DNA of 64,000 nt from Felis catus (lineage: Eukaryota). The position numbers and the translations under genes were made by a program. This document shows positions 47,241-60,900 of the stretch, piece by piece. The notes below the pieces were generated by a model. That model ran no database searches, was not told where the DNA came from, and worked only from the letters and a program-made list of their open reading frames with translations. The first letter of the stretch is position 1. The number at the start of each line of letters is the position of its first letter. The DNA lies in assembly GCF_018350175.1 (NCBI RefSeq), contig NC_058368.1:17300001-17364000 (forward strand), given 5' to 3'.

Positions 47241-50200
47241 AGATTGTTTAATGGCTCCCATATGATTTATAACATGGGCGGATTTTACTCAGTTCTCTTA
47301 TCTTAAAAAACAGAGTGCATTTCATGAATGCTAAGGAGAGAACGGGAAAGAGAAAGGTAGTCCCTAGAAGGGTACGACAATCCCAGTAAAGAAAGTGTTA
47401 GAAAGTTTTATTCATGTCTCTAATACTCAGTTTCCATGAGTAAAATGGGGATATTAATTTTACGTATATTTTTTTTCATTTTAAAAGTTGACGTCTTATG
47501 AGTATGTTTTGCCTGTCATGTACATATTTATAAATGAAAACAATACTGCGAGCCCTGAAGTACTTTCGTCTTGGAGAGAGGAAATAATGCTGGCTTAATG
47601 GGGAGAAAGGCAAATTATATGCATGCACGATAATACTGATACATACTAACAGTTGTCACTTCTGAACACTCACTATGTGCCCAAAATTTTACATGAATTA
47701 CCTAGTTAAATCTAAAAACAACTCTGTGGAATAGGTAGGTATCTCTTCTACTTGGCAGATGGAAAAACTAGACTCAAGCTAAAAAAATTGCTTAAGAACA
47801 CGCCGATGTAAAGTGTTGGATATATGTCCTAAACTTAGGTCTATTTAACTCAGAATCGATGTGCTTCGTCATTAGGCTATAATGAATCCTGAAACTCATC
47901 AAGGGGATTAAAATGTAAGTAATACCTAGTGACATAACTGAAGGGAGGCAATTGACATGGAATCTAGAAAAGAATAAACACAGGTCCGTACTGGTAGGGA
48001 GGGAAGGTGTGTTGTTTCTGAGGGTGGCCAATCTCTCACTCATTAAAAATTATGTAACTGGAGTAGGGAGAATGTTCCAGCCTGTTACGTAGTCTGGATG
48101 AAATATTCATCCCGACTTTCCAACACCCTTTGCTCTGACCGCTGTGTCTGGTACAGCACAGGTACAGCAGATGGCAAATCATCTAACCATTCCCTGACTA
48201 ATAAGAAATAAATTTTTTGTAACTTTGTAACTCAGAGCAATCAGAATTTTAGAAAGTGAATTGGTTCTCCAAAGCTACATGGTTCCTCAAGTAAGTAATG
48301 AGATGGGGTTTCGGTGCCTGCACAGTAGAGAATCAAGAACTATGCCGAAAGCAACTTTTTTAGGTACCGGTATCTGAGGATCTCACCCAGAACCACGGGT
48401 CACTCTCTGTGGTCTGAGAGTAGAGCAGGGGTTCAAAGTGCAGCAATACGTCTGATAAAATCTGTGTTGAATCTTTAAGAAGCTAACGCCTTCCTTGTGT
48501 TTGGGAAAGACTTCCACATGAGCTATACACTGACACAAGAATAATGCCGTCCTTTTGTGCAGCTCTTCTAAACATCCTCCATCAATGTCCTTAACGCGCA
48601 CAACTTCAGGAATGGTTACAGCATTTGTTCACTGGGAAGAGTGTTAAGTCAGGGCTAGCAGTATTTCACTAATCTTTGCTGCCAGCCTTTGGAAGTTAAT
48701 TAAGGAATATTCAAGCTTCCATTTTCTGCTTTTGTGTGACAGCCCGCAGGGGTTTTCGCTAAAGTGACTGGCTTCCTCGACCACCCTAGACAAATTACCA
48801 TTCTAGATATGAGCCAGGAACATGTAAGAGGCAGCGTGGTGAGCCCTATGGTAAATGTAACTCAATTCAATGCTGTTCAAAAGCTTACTGACATGAGAAA
48901 AGCTTTCTCAACAGTAAGCCTACTTTATCGAGGGAAAAAAAAACATTTCTAATACTAGAAAAATACATCGTGGTATGGAATGTGGGTGAAATATGTTTTA
49001 TTCATTTGTGCTGAGCTGAAAGACCTGGTCTCCATCGTTTTTCTTCTCTAATACCATTATTTGATTAGGGTAAGCTCCAATTAAGTAATGCCAGGCCAGT
49101 CATTGTCAGGAATGGCCAAGTTCAATTAAAGTAACAGCTTGACAAAACAAAGTCACATTCTGGTTTAGTAATGCTTGAGTTAGAACAGTATTAAAAGTCA
49201 AGACATGGGAAATGAGTTTCTAACTGCTTAGAATATTAATGCATTGCAGCCATTAGCAGACTATTTAAAATAGTTGATGATGATTATATCAAAAATTAAA
49301 AAAAATAGTTGATGATACTAACTAAGGATTTAGTGAATGCCAATGGGTGTTCAGTGAGTGAAAGGTATTGCCAGAATGATAAAGATTATACCAGGTTTTT
49401 CACATGGCAAGGATTCTAGATATAATGATGTAGATATTATACACTTTGGAAATAGCAATAGAATAAAATAGCAAAAATGAAATATCCTGCTGTACGAAAA
49501 AAAATTGAATCTCACATATACACACACAGAGTAAATGTTTGTTATGCATTTACAGAGTGTGACAAGTGGGGACTACGGGGACATTCATGACATAGACCAG
49601 AATCTCACAATGCTTATGGTCTATTTGGTAGGAAAAAAAACCTAAGTGCATAAAATGTTAAAGGAGAATGATTCATTTCAATAATAATTTGGAACAGAAA
49701 AAAAGGAGACTCAGAAAGCAGAGTGGGATTAAAGGCAATTGCATGATCACTCTGTGAGTCAGGAGAGGAAGAGAGAAAGGCTTTAACAGGCAGAAAAGAT
49801 TCAGGTGAATGGAAAACAGAGCCAAGTATTCCAAGATTACACGAGTGAAAGCTTGAGGGAGGGAAAGGCTTTGAGAGCAGGGGACAATCCATTTTGGCCA
49901 GGTTTGGCCTTTTCCGAGAAAGGTTGAGTGCCCATCTCCTTTGATTGACCCTTAGACCAGGGCTGTGGATACACTTTACTGTTGTCCAGTCAAGGAATCC
50001 TGAACACTCCATTTTTCTTCTTGGGTCTGTTTTCCTCATTTGAAACATGAGCGTGTTGTCACCTGGATTTCTTACCTTGCAGAATTGTTGTGAAGACCGA
50101 ACATGATCTGTATGATATCACTTTAAAACGTAGCTAAAGAAAAGAAAGGTGGGCATCATGAGTCTGAAAAAGAGGTTTGAACATACCGGGGGTGACATTG

Positions 50201-53200
50201 AATGAGATAAGGAGTTCTGAATTTATTGGGTAGGGAGCACCGGAAGTGTTTGAACAAGAGCGTGCAGTAATCAGAGCTGTATTGGGAGGTTATTAACTAG
50301 AAAGCAATGTATGTGAACAGAATTGGAACCTGAAGTGTAGAGTGAGATGGTGAGGCTACAAAGGAAACAACCTACTGTTATAGATGCCTGCTATGACTTG
50401 GACCTCATGCATGTCGGAGGGAGGAGGGGAATTTTTAAAAAACTTTGTGCTTGACAGGCTCAAAGTAGGGAGGTGTACCATTCATTATAGGAGGTTAGAT
50501 GAGGGAACCAGCTGGAAGAAAGGAGGTTGGAAGAAGGTGAGAAATTCTGTTTCAACACACCAAGTTCAGGTTAGCTATGCGACGCCATTGAAACTGGGCA
50601 ATAGACCTCCATAAATATGGAACTGACTAAGCCGGAATTAAGGATTTGGGTTGCATGCGGTGTCGTGCACCAGATGGTCATAACTGAAGTCAGAAGGATG
50701 CAGGAGGTCCACGAGAAAGAGAGGGGAGGGTGAAAGGATAGATGACCATGTAGTACAATTTCACATGTATTTCCAATAAGTCAAGTGTGTAAAGTAGAAT
50801 AATGAAAGGTTATTAGAATGTATGTCTATTAAATAATATACAGATTTGGGGGGGGAGCTGTTACATGCAAATAAATAATTAAGTATCCCTTGTTATATAA
50901 CAAGAAAATTGCAGGAATGTGCAAAATGACGCACGTTATTGGAATTACCAAACAATAAGTACACTTTTAGGCCCTTTAAACTGGTTTTAAATGTTGCCCC
51001 TTTTTAAAATAACTAACATTAAAGTAGTGTGGTTTAGTTCCCTCATTTTATACTTTTCAGTTAAATTGAAGCCATCTATGATAAAAAGTTTACTTCATAT
51101 CATTTTTTTTTTAATTATAATGGTTTCTGGAGGGTGTTGCAAAAATTATAGGCTTCATTCATTTCTAGCAAACTCCAGAGTGGGAGAGGGTAAGGAAAAG
51201 AGCTTTTGTGGATGTGAATGCGTGGGTCATTCACTAAATCTGAGTAGGAGGGTCCAGAGAAGTGAGGCTTGGTCTTTGGTTGGACCCTCAGCGTCCCTGT
51301 TTGCGGTCCCGTCGACCTGATTCTGAACCTGGCTGGCCCCAGAGCCCAGCAGGCCCCAGAGCCCAGCAGGCCAGCCGTAGACAGGGAACAGCCCCACAGC
51401 GGGCTGAGGCTCAGGGGCATGTATTAAAATATGGCAAATGAACCAGGGTCCCAAGGGACTTCATTAGCAACCGAAGTACATTTGACTCACCCTGTTATGG
51501 TCAGCGGCTCTGAAGGACTTGGGTAGTGTACTGTTGCCAACTCCCCTGGTCTTTCCTGAACTGTTGATACAATGCACTGCTCGCAGCAGGGAAGGCATGA
51601 AGGGCTTCCGTCCACCACACACACGCACACTTGGCAAGCAGCCACTTGCATCTCTCCCGCGAGGCACATGAAAGCATTCACCCCCCATTACCAGAAAAGA
51701 CAGAGGCTCCAGAGCTCTCTACGAGAACAGCTAACCATTTTGTATAATTTACACTGAAGAATGACCTTATGGCCGCAAGAGAGTGAGCACAGGGAGCGGG
51801 GCCGGGGCACAGAGCCAGTCCGCCCAGAAATAAGCTCTCGAGTTCATGGAGTGTAAATTTGCAGGCATGCATTTGGCCGGGGTGGCTCTCAGAGGGTAAG
51901 GCTGTGGTACCGAATAGGACCACGCTGGCCACACAATATTCAACTAACCCCTGTCTTTTTTTCTTAGGGCCTCATAGATATCATATACGTCATAAAATAA
52001 TAATAACTAACATGAGCCCCTTGTTAGGTGTGCTGAGGCTTTTGTTTGAATTATTTTGTTTCACACACAGACACACAAACTAGGAGCAAGGTTTAATTGT
52101 GCCTCAGTGTCATCATCTGTGAGTGACTAGGTGCTCAAGTGGCTGGTAAAGACTCAGCTAGGCTGACTGCAGGGTCCGTGGCACTAACCATTAGGCTTCC
52201 CAACTCATGGAATATACACCGCTGCCTTCTGATTCTACACTGGACTGCTCGAAGAGAGTGTGAGGTATCCTAATAGAGAACCCAACAAGGTAAAGCAAAC
52301 CAGATGCTTTTATACACAAACAGCATCCTGGGAATCCTGGAATAATTAAAATGTTGACAGTTCCAGACATTAGGCATAAGCTATGTACATAAGCTATCTT
52401 GGTGCCCCCTTTACCAATTTTAATTCCTCAAGGATCGTTAGGAAAGCATAGTAGTGCATTCCGGTACTTCAGCAGGACAAGGAACAGCATTGCTTTTTCC
52501 ACATCATTTAGCAACCGGCCCAGGGGAAGGGGTTGCACTTGGAAGGATCGGCGCCCGGCTCTCTTGTCAAGTCCTTATGGACAAATGCCGTCTTGTGTTT
52601 GTTTGGTCTTTTTCCTGGTTAACACTGAATGCCTGACTCCCATCTCTTCCACCCGGGAAAGTGGATGCTGGCTGTGGAATACCGTCTTGTAGACATCAGA
52701 GGGTAAATATTGCTGATTTATGATCACCGAAACCCTGGAAGCAGATCTCTATAAACATCTGTAGGAACCTCAAGATCTCAGTCACAGACAAATTCCATTT
52801 TAGTGCTAAAAATCACATACATCTGAGAAATGACTTCTCAGATACTAGACTTCAGATTTTTTTACGGTTAAAATTATTAAGAGAGGTATTGCAATAAGGC
52901 AGCAAAAGAAAATAGAAGAGATCTCTTAATAAATGTTAAGTTAGCATAAGAAATTGCTAATTATTCGCCAGCAGCAGAGGTCTAGTGTATCCTCTTGTTG
53001 AAATCATAAATCACAAAGAAAATGCCGATACACCAACAGCTGCAACTTGGCTGAAGGCAGGGCTTCAGAGCCTTGACCTGCATGTCCCATGATGGAGGGA
53101 GAAGCCAGAGTCTGTGAAATCCTACAATGAACTTACAGACGTGTGATCATTTATTTACTGAGTCCAGACAAGGCTCTGTGTACCTGTGGTCTATTGTGGA

Positions 53201-53225
53201 AACCGTGTACTTCATAAATTCCATT

Positions 53226-53432
53226 TTTGTTAATTTGTTTTTAATGTTTATTTATTTTTGAGAAAGAGAGAGAGACAGAATGCGGGCAGGGGAGGGGCAG
53301 AGGGAAAGGGAGACACAGAATCCGAAGCAAGCTCCAGGCACAGAGCTCAGTGTGAGGCTTGAACCCACACACTGTGAGATCATGACCTGAGCCGAAGTCG
53401 GACGCTCAACCGACTGAGCCACCCAGGCGCCC
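53226..53432 (-). mobile_element. CanSINE (SINEC_Fc-like) with a short internal deletion
   Basis: TSD cataaattccatt at 53213 and 53433. Confidence 0.94.
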
Positions 53433-54858
53433 CATAAATTCCATTATTAAAAGACAGCAGCGTCTCCTTTTACGGTATTGGAATGAAAGATTCAGGAAAA
53501 AATTGGGACATAATGTACTATTTTCTGACACTGTTGATCTGCCAGTTCATTGGTCACTGTACAGATGTGAAACTTCTTAGAGAGTTTGCCTCCTTATAAA
53601 ACCTGCCACCAACCAAAAGCAGTTCTCTTGGGAATGAGGACTCTTTACAGGGTCACCAGGTTCTCCGTGTACCTTCCTTTCCCTTTACAGAGAGACGTTA
53701 CCTTTCACAGGATGCAGACAGGTTTTATGAATTCCCTAAGAAGCAGGTCTTCATTCTGTCTTGCTGAAGCAGACTTCTGGATCTTTTTTTCTCCCTTTAT
53801 TCCTAGTTTATAAATCTTACACCTCCCTTTCTTGTAACCTTAAATCTTCCTTTAAATGAGGTAGAGAACCTTTTTACTGTCCCTAGAGAGATACAATTTT
53901 GCCCAGTAAAGAATATGGGTAATATCATTGGCTAAAACCAGTGAACTGTATCATTTTTATACCAAATAATTGCGATAATAATCTACGTTGGGAATATAAA
54001 ATATAGTAAAACTAAAAATTCCTCTTTAGGCCACTTTAAGCACTTAAGATTACGGCTGAAAAATTTCCTTCACACTTCTAGAGAAATCAACACCTTCTTC
54101 ATCCTTTTTCTAATAAACAGGTCCTCGTTCTGTCATACTAGAACAAACATTTGAATCATATACGTTCATACGTTTATTTATTTGAAATATTTGCTGAGCA
54201 TCTCCAAGGTGCCAGATGCTGTGATAGGGTAAAAGCAACGCGAGATTTGTCCTGCCCTCACCTCACATATTTATTGCACCCTACTAAGTGCTGGCCACTG
54301 TCCAAAGCTCTGAGGACACGGTGGTGAACAAGGTGGGCCCAGTCTGTAGAGGCCAACAGATACAACATGGCAAATGATGAGACCAGGTCCACGTGTAACG
54401 GGAGTTTTCAAAGGAGCATCCAGTGTGGCCTCGGTCGGGAAAGGCCAGGTCTCCTCCACACAGAGAACTGGGAAGACTGAGTCATGCGAGTTGGCAGCTC
54501 ACAAACTGATGTGCGTTGTCACATGTCCCCTCAGGCTGTGACAGTCTCAGTTGTGGAGACAACCGCGCTGTCTGGAATGAGCCAAGTCACTGTACAGATC
54601 AGCAGCCTCTGAATTTAAACACAGTCCCAGGAAAAAAAAAAATTAAATGGTTGGTAGAGCTCTATTAGCTAGCACTTTTTTTTAAAAAGTCTGAACAGTC
54701 AGAATATAGGCATTGTGAGAGAGAAAGAGGGCTCTCTTTACACCTCCTAGGGCTGAAATATATCTCAGCTTCAGTTTCCCTGAGGGTGTTTCACAAACAG
54801 TCTGTTTCATGGTCCTAGGAAGTATGCCACTGTGGTCAAAATGCCAACAAGAAGCTCA

Positions 54859-54880
54859 TTCTTTCCCTCTTTCTTTTTCC

Positions 54881-54919
<39 letters not shown>

Positions 54920-54978
54920 TTCTTCCTTTCATCCTTCCTCCCTTCCTTCCTTTCTTCCTTTCTTTTTCTTTTTCTTTC
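54859..54978. repeat. Polypyrimidine (CTTT)n/(CCTT)n tract
   Basis: About 120 bp of almost pure C/T. Confidence 0.92.
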
Positions 54979-57900
54979 AAAAATCATACTTACTCAGAGG
55001 GATAATTTTCAAGACCATACTTATTGCCAGGGACAGCTTGAAAAAGCCAAAGGCATAGGACACTTCGCATTCTCACTGCCGCAAGGGGACCTTATAAATA
55101 CAAGATCCGATTGTAAACAGTGTAGGTGTTGGTCTAGGACGCATGGTCCACAGCTCAGTGAACTGAGGGAGTACTCCCCACACAATGCGTCAGGGTGGAA
55201 AGAGACACCGAATTTTATGCCCACTTTCCGGAGGATCACAATCTGCCTCACAAATCTAACTAGCACGCTTTAACTGATGTTTGTCCAGAAGACATATTCT
55301 GAAGTTCTTTAAAATGTCGGTGCATGTAAATACCAGTGTGACTGGATCTAGCTCAGTGCACTGAGGGGAAAAATAAACTATGAGCAGGAGAAGATGTTTG
55401 ATTAATTCTCTGAGGAAAGCTTCATTACCTTGTTCAAAACATCGCATCCCTTGACACTCCTGTGAAGAGGGAAACTCCATCAAGCCCTTGTGTCACAATT
55501 ACAGAAAACTCAGTAATTCACTTATGCTTGGGATCTTCTCCTTTTTCTTTTTAGACAGTAAAGGGGAAGTATTAGAGGCACACAAGTTACCATAGGTCTA
55601 GTGCCTTCGCTCCTGAAAGAAAGCAAATCAAGAAAACACAAATGAAATAGAGCAGGGCAGGTAGTTCTTGCTCTAACCTGGCTTTTCTCCTGTATTTCTA
55701 ATCATGGTAAGCAATTTGATCAGCGCTAGACTCCTTTCTCTCACTCCCCACCCCACGTTCCTGATCTGCCTCCTTGATATCCTTGAATACTGTACCTTTA
55801 CTCTCTTTTCCATGAGAACCGCCACCAGCTGTGCAGCCAGCTTCGTACTTTGCCCAGATTCTTCCAGTGGCTGTCAACCAGTCTCTCTGCTTCCGGTTTG
55901 CCCACCCCCAACCTATCCATCCTCCAGACCCCCTGACCGTGCATTTTATCGCTGCCTTCCCCTTCTTGAAACTGAGCGCCTGTCAAGTGGCAGCTTCTGG
56001 AATAAGGTTCCAACCCCTCAGCTTGGCACGCAAGGTCCTGTGTGGCCTGGCCGTTGCTTTCTGTTTTTCTCCTTCCCCCGCCACCTCGCCCTGTGCGATG
56101 TACCATACGTGCCCACTTGTCTGCAGTCCCTAAATGTGTGAAGCTCTGTGCTGCTTCCTCCGCTCGGAATGCTCTCCCACTCTACCTGCTCACACATTAC
56201 CTGGCTAACTCACAACGATGCCTCAAAATCCAACTGCTAATAAGAATAATGACTTAGTAGCACGGCTGGCACTTAACTGTGTGAGGGTAATTTGCTGAGT
56301 GCTTAATGGCCATTTTCTTATTTTTGTCCTTGAAAAGGAAACACCCACAATTAAGGACCAGGGGAAAGATGGGAGAATAGCCAGAGGAGAGTGGTATTAC
56401 AGAAGAAAAAGGATAAAGAGATTCAGGAAGACAAGTATGATCCCCCAGCATTAAAGTTTGCAGAGATTAAAAAAAAAAAAAAAAAAAAAAAAAGAACACA
56501 GATTGGCCATATGCAGTTGAATTTAGCAAAGAGAAGGGCACCAGTCAACTTGGAGAGAGGATTTCTGGATGCTTTGGAGGATTAAACCATGCACCAATAA
56601 GTTTCAATGTGAATGGGAGCTGAAAAGGTTAAAGATAACGGATAGTCTTTCAAGTTACTCTTCAAGGGAAGGGAAGAAAGGAAAAACTTGCAGGTCAAAT
56701 AGTGGTGCTTGTGGCTGTGAACTAAGGTGTGATAGCATTGAGGGAAAGATTATTTATGATCATTTGAGTTGGGAAGAAAGAGCGAGGAGATAGATATCAT
56801 CTGTACCATAAATCATTAGCAAAATCTGGTAGCACAGTTCAAGCAATTAGCACTGCTTTATTCATGGAGGCAGGATATGCTTGGAAGCCATACTGCCTGG
56901 TGTCTAATCCTGGCTCTTATATCTTATAAGATATATCACCTTTCGGTACCAATTTCTTCATATTAACACCTATTTTCTAGGCCTGTTATGAAGAATAAAT
57001 AAGTTAGTATATGTAAAGTACTTAGAACACCAGTGTGTTCAGCTGCCATTATTGTTACTGTCATGACAACTTTTACTGTCTGTTTCAACTACTGGACCAG
57101 AAACTGCTTGAAGACAAGGGCTGTGTCTCCATCAGTATGTCCAGCATGGAGCAAAGTGCTCAGCCATAAGAGGTGTTCAATAAATATGTAATAAATGAAA
57201 GGATAAATGCCTAGAGACAGCAGGCTGACCAGGGCTACCTTTCTTAATAGTCTTACCATCACTTACTATTTTTTATAAGGTGGAAAAAAGACAAAAAAAG
57301 AACAGAGCTCTATTTATTTAAAAAGAATACATTTCGTGTGTTTATAAAATGCTACAGCAAGAACAAAATCTGTACATTTTAAGGACAAAATATGAACCTT
57401 GTAGTTCACTTGAATTTTCTGAGGTCCTTCTCTGATAACCAAAGTTAGTCTCCCACCTAAAGGTCACAAGGAGGCATAGCCATTGCTCTGGACAACTGTC
57501 TGCTCCAGTTTATAGTCAGCTGTTAGAGTATAGACGTTCGACAGCTTCTTAGTGACACTGTATTTATCTGAACACTAATAGCCTTGAATTGGCTTTTAAG
57601 TTTCCCCATATAAGCCATTTACTTAGCTGCCCAGTTCCATTACCGACCCCATCCCTCAGCAACCCTTTAAGCACGTAAACCACACCTTTCGGCCATGACT
57701 GTTCCTCAGTCCTAACTCAGGATATATGGAGAGACAGCCTAGGATGTGAGGTGGCTTTATTTTTTAACTATACTTAAAAAAAAAGAAGTATAGTTCTTCC
57801 TTCTCTATAAATTAAAACAAAACACAAGTTTGAAGGTTTAAACACGGTGCTACCTTAGGAGTCATGTATGTTACTGAAGACGTTTTATCTGAATATAAGA

Positions 57901-60900
57901 AGTCACATGAAAAATCATCATGTCTACATTTTTATCATCTTGGTTTATGGTTTGTCCTTAGTTTGCAGACGACTTGCAAGACAAAAATGATCTAACTACT
58001 TTTCCTTGAGAGGGAGCAACTATTTTCTTCTCAAAAGAGAATTCGGGAAGTAAGCCTGAACAGGTTGTGTGAACGCTAAATGAGAAGAATAGCCACCAGC
58101 TAGCGTCATATTGACAAGAAACACAGCAGTCCCCAAGAGGGACCAAGACAATGTGCATAGGCCCGCGAGCTCAGTGATGTGACTGCTCACAGGCCCAATT
58201 GGGCTGCAGACCAGAAATCCAGGCACCAGCGAGGCTGACTTCCCCGGTGTCTGGCCTTTGGAAGTGCCTAAACGGAGACCAGCACCATGGCTTGTGGAAG
58301 GGGTCGGTGTGTGTCTTCCTCACCAAGATACAGAGGGATGGAAAACTCTTAGGACGTCTTTTCCTGCAGTACACTAGGAACAATGGGGCAAAGGCAGAGT
58401 TGCTTGTGGGTAACACTCACAAGGAGAGACAAGGAAGAAGGCTTCTTAGAATAAAGGAGCACATTCCCCTCGGCTTCAAATGGAGCAGTTGTAGCTATTT
58501 ATTCTGGAGGCCCTTCCTTTGCCGCCTGCAGGCACGTTCCAAGCGTCCATTGTGGAGCCTGTCTGTGGTCAAGATTATTTATTTCTCAAGTGTCAACCAC
58601 ATGCTTTTATTCCTGAGACCTCACACAGACTGTGTTCGACACTCTGTTGGTCATAATCTTTCTTCCTTCAGCTGTTGGGATTCCCACATAAATCACCCTG
58701 CATGTCAGAGTCTCCACCGATTCTGAAATCTCACTTATAAAGTTCACGTCAGTCAGTAGGAACGAAAATGTACATGGAGGCCTATCGGTGGTTTTTGGAG
58801 CAGTAACAATTTTTAAGTTGTGGACAGTTTAAGCATAAAATGGTATTTCATTTTGTTTCCCTCTTCCTATGATGATTTTTTTATGAAGAAAGTTATCTTT
58901 ACAACTAAGGAATACTGATCTATAATAGCCTAGCTTTCTCTTACATGGAATATTGTGTTCCTTTCTTGTCACTCAAGAAGATTCTCATTACACGCCTTTA
59001 AAGAAAATATTCTAACGATGTTCACCTTTCTTAACTATTTTCAGAGAAAGAAGAAAAATGATTCCAGACATTCTAATGTGACTTGCAGGGGCAGACACTC
59101 AATAGATATGGCAATTATAATATTACTGTGACATTAACTATAATATTAATTGGTGTATCCTTACTTACAAGATGAGCTTTGGAGCCAAAATGATTACTTT
59201 TGATTAGGAGCCCTAGAAGCAGTGATCAGTCTTAGCTTAGGTCTCCACACATTTTTCGATGGCCCCTCATATGCCAGGCTCCATGCTTCCCGTTGGAGTT
59301 TACAGATGAACAACACATGACTTCTGCCTTTGGAAAGATCCAATGGGGGAGATGAATTGACTGGATGAGTCATTTGAACATAACATGAATAGTGCAGTAT
59401 GAGAAAAGTCAGAGGCAGTTTGACAGCTGTCAACCGGACATAGGTTACACAGAAGAAAGGAAAGATAACTTTGCAGGGCCTTGGGACTCCTAGATAATGG
59501 TTTCTTTGAAGGTGAAATAACTGACCAGTTCCCTAGAGAGTGTACTCATCCACAACACTGAAATACCACAGCAAGTTGGTGAAGAGGCCAGCACCGCTTA
59601 AGAGTAAAAAATGTTTTAAGGATTTTAACAAGGAGAGGACAGACTTTTTGTTCTCTGATCAATATTTTTTCTTTAATAATATTGTGCGGTTGTGTTTAAA
59701 GGAGGTACATTATGCAGATTAATCCTTGTTCAGTATTCGTATTTTTATTAGAAAATTATTACATGAGTACTAAAAAGAAGGACATCAACTAAATGGTGAG
59801 AGTCTGGTCATCTCCCTCACCAAACCCACACCTCTTTCTTGAGGTCACTTAAGTGTGATGTGTGGATTTTTTATATGCACACTTACATGCACGCATTTTA
59901 TCTTCACTTTGATTAGAAGTAATTATTGCTATACCGAGTGGCAGGTAGCACAGATTCTAGAGGCAGATGGTGTGATTTCCTTTCCACTTATTGACTGCTG
60001 ATCTTAAAAGTCTGGATTTCAGCTTCCTCAGTGGAGATGATAATAGTACTTACCTCAGAGGGGTAGTTAAGAGGATTAAATGAAATATGTATATGCATAT
60101 ATATATATATATGCACTTAGAATAGTTCAGACACATTGAAAATAATATATATTTGTTAATACTACATGATAATATTATACATATTATCTCATGATATACT
60201 TATTTTACCTAGCAGTATATCACAAAAACCTTTTTCTGCCAGCCCATATACACCTGCTCATTCTTTTTAGCGGCTACGTAGTATTCCACAGTGTGGCTAT
60301 AACATACTTAACAACCCCTGATTGATGAACATGTAGGTCGTTGGCAGATCTTTTTCTATCACACATATGCTGTAATTAAATATCCTTTTTCACATACGTA
60401 ATCTATCATTTCGTTGTCTAATATTTACGATTACATCGGTTTTAGATGTCACAATATACATATGAGTAGAAAGTATCTGTATTATGTAATGGAAATAATG
60501 ATTAGTGTTTGTCAAGAGCCTCTGACAAACCTAGTACTCATAACTTGAGGTTTAATTAAATATATTATCTCTGTGAAAATCTAGAGGATGCTCTCATCTG
60601 GCTTCTTCACCACAAATAACCGGGAATTTTCATCTGCCCTAAAGGAAGGATCAGATGTGAATAGGAGCACGCTGATATATAGTTTTTGAAGAAATGTAGC
60701 ATCCAAGAGTGTCGCGAAGGATAGCGAATGAAAGTAGGGAGAATAACAGAACAATCGGTTGGCAAAGGCATTGTGAATGACGTGAATACCCTTCACAATT
60801 AAAAGCTGGCCTGTTGACCAAGCCAGATAGCCCTACTCATCCACTTCCTACTGCCTGCCACGTTTGACTGATCACAGAGCATGGCCACTCTATTTTTGAA

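Noticed and set aside
54809..55273. 154-aa ORF with a Phe/Leu/Ser 'transmembrane' stretch
   Set aside because: Derived from the (CTTT)n tract; no recognisable domain.
58090..58110. CTCF-like motif tagccaccagctagcgtca (also gtccagggggcagt near 46597)
   Set aside because: Mismatches at core positions; not supportable without a PWM scan or ChIP data.
58199..58726. Longest ORF in the track (175 aa)
   Set aside because: Non-ATG start, no recognisable domain, no resemblance to the next FREM2 exon and no convincing splice pair; compatible with chance.
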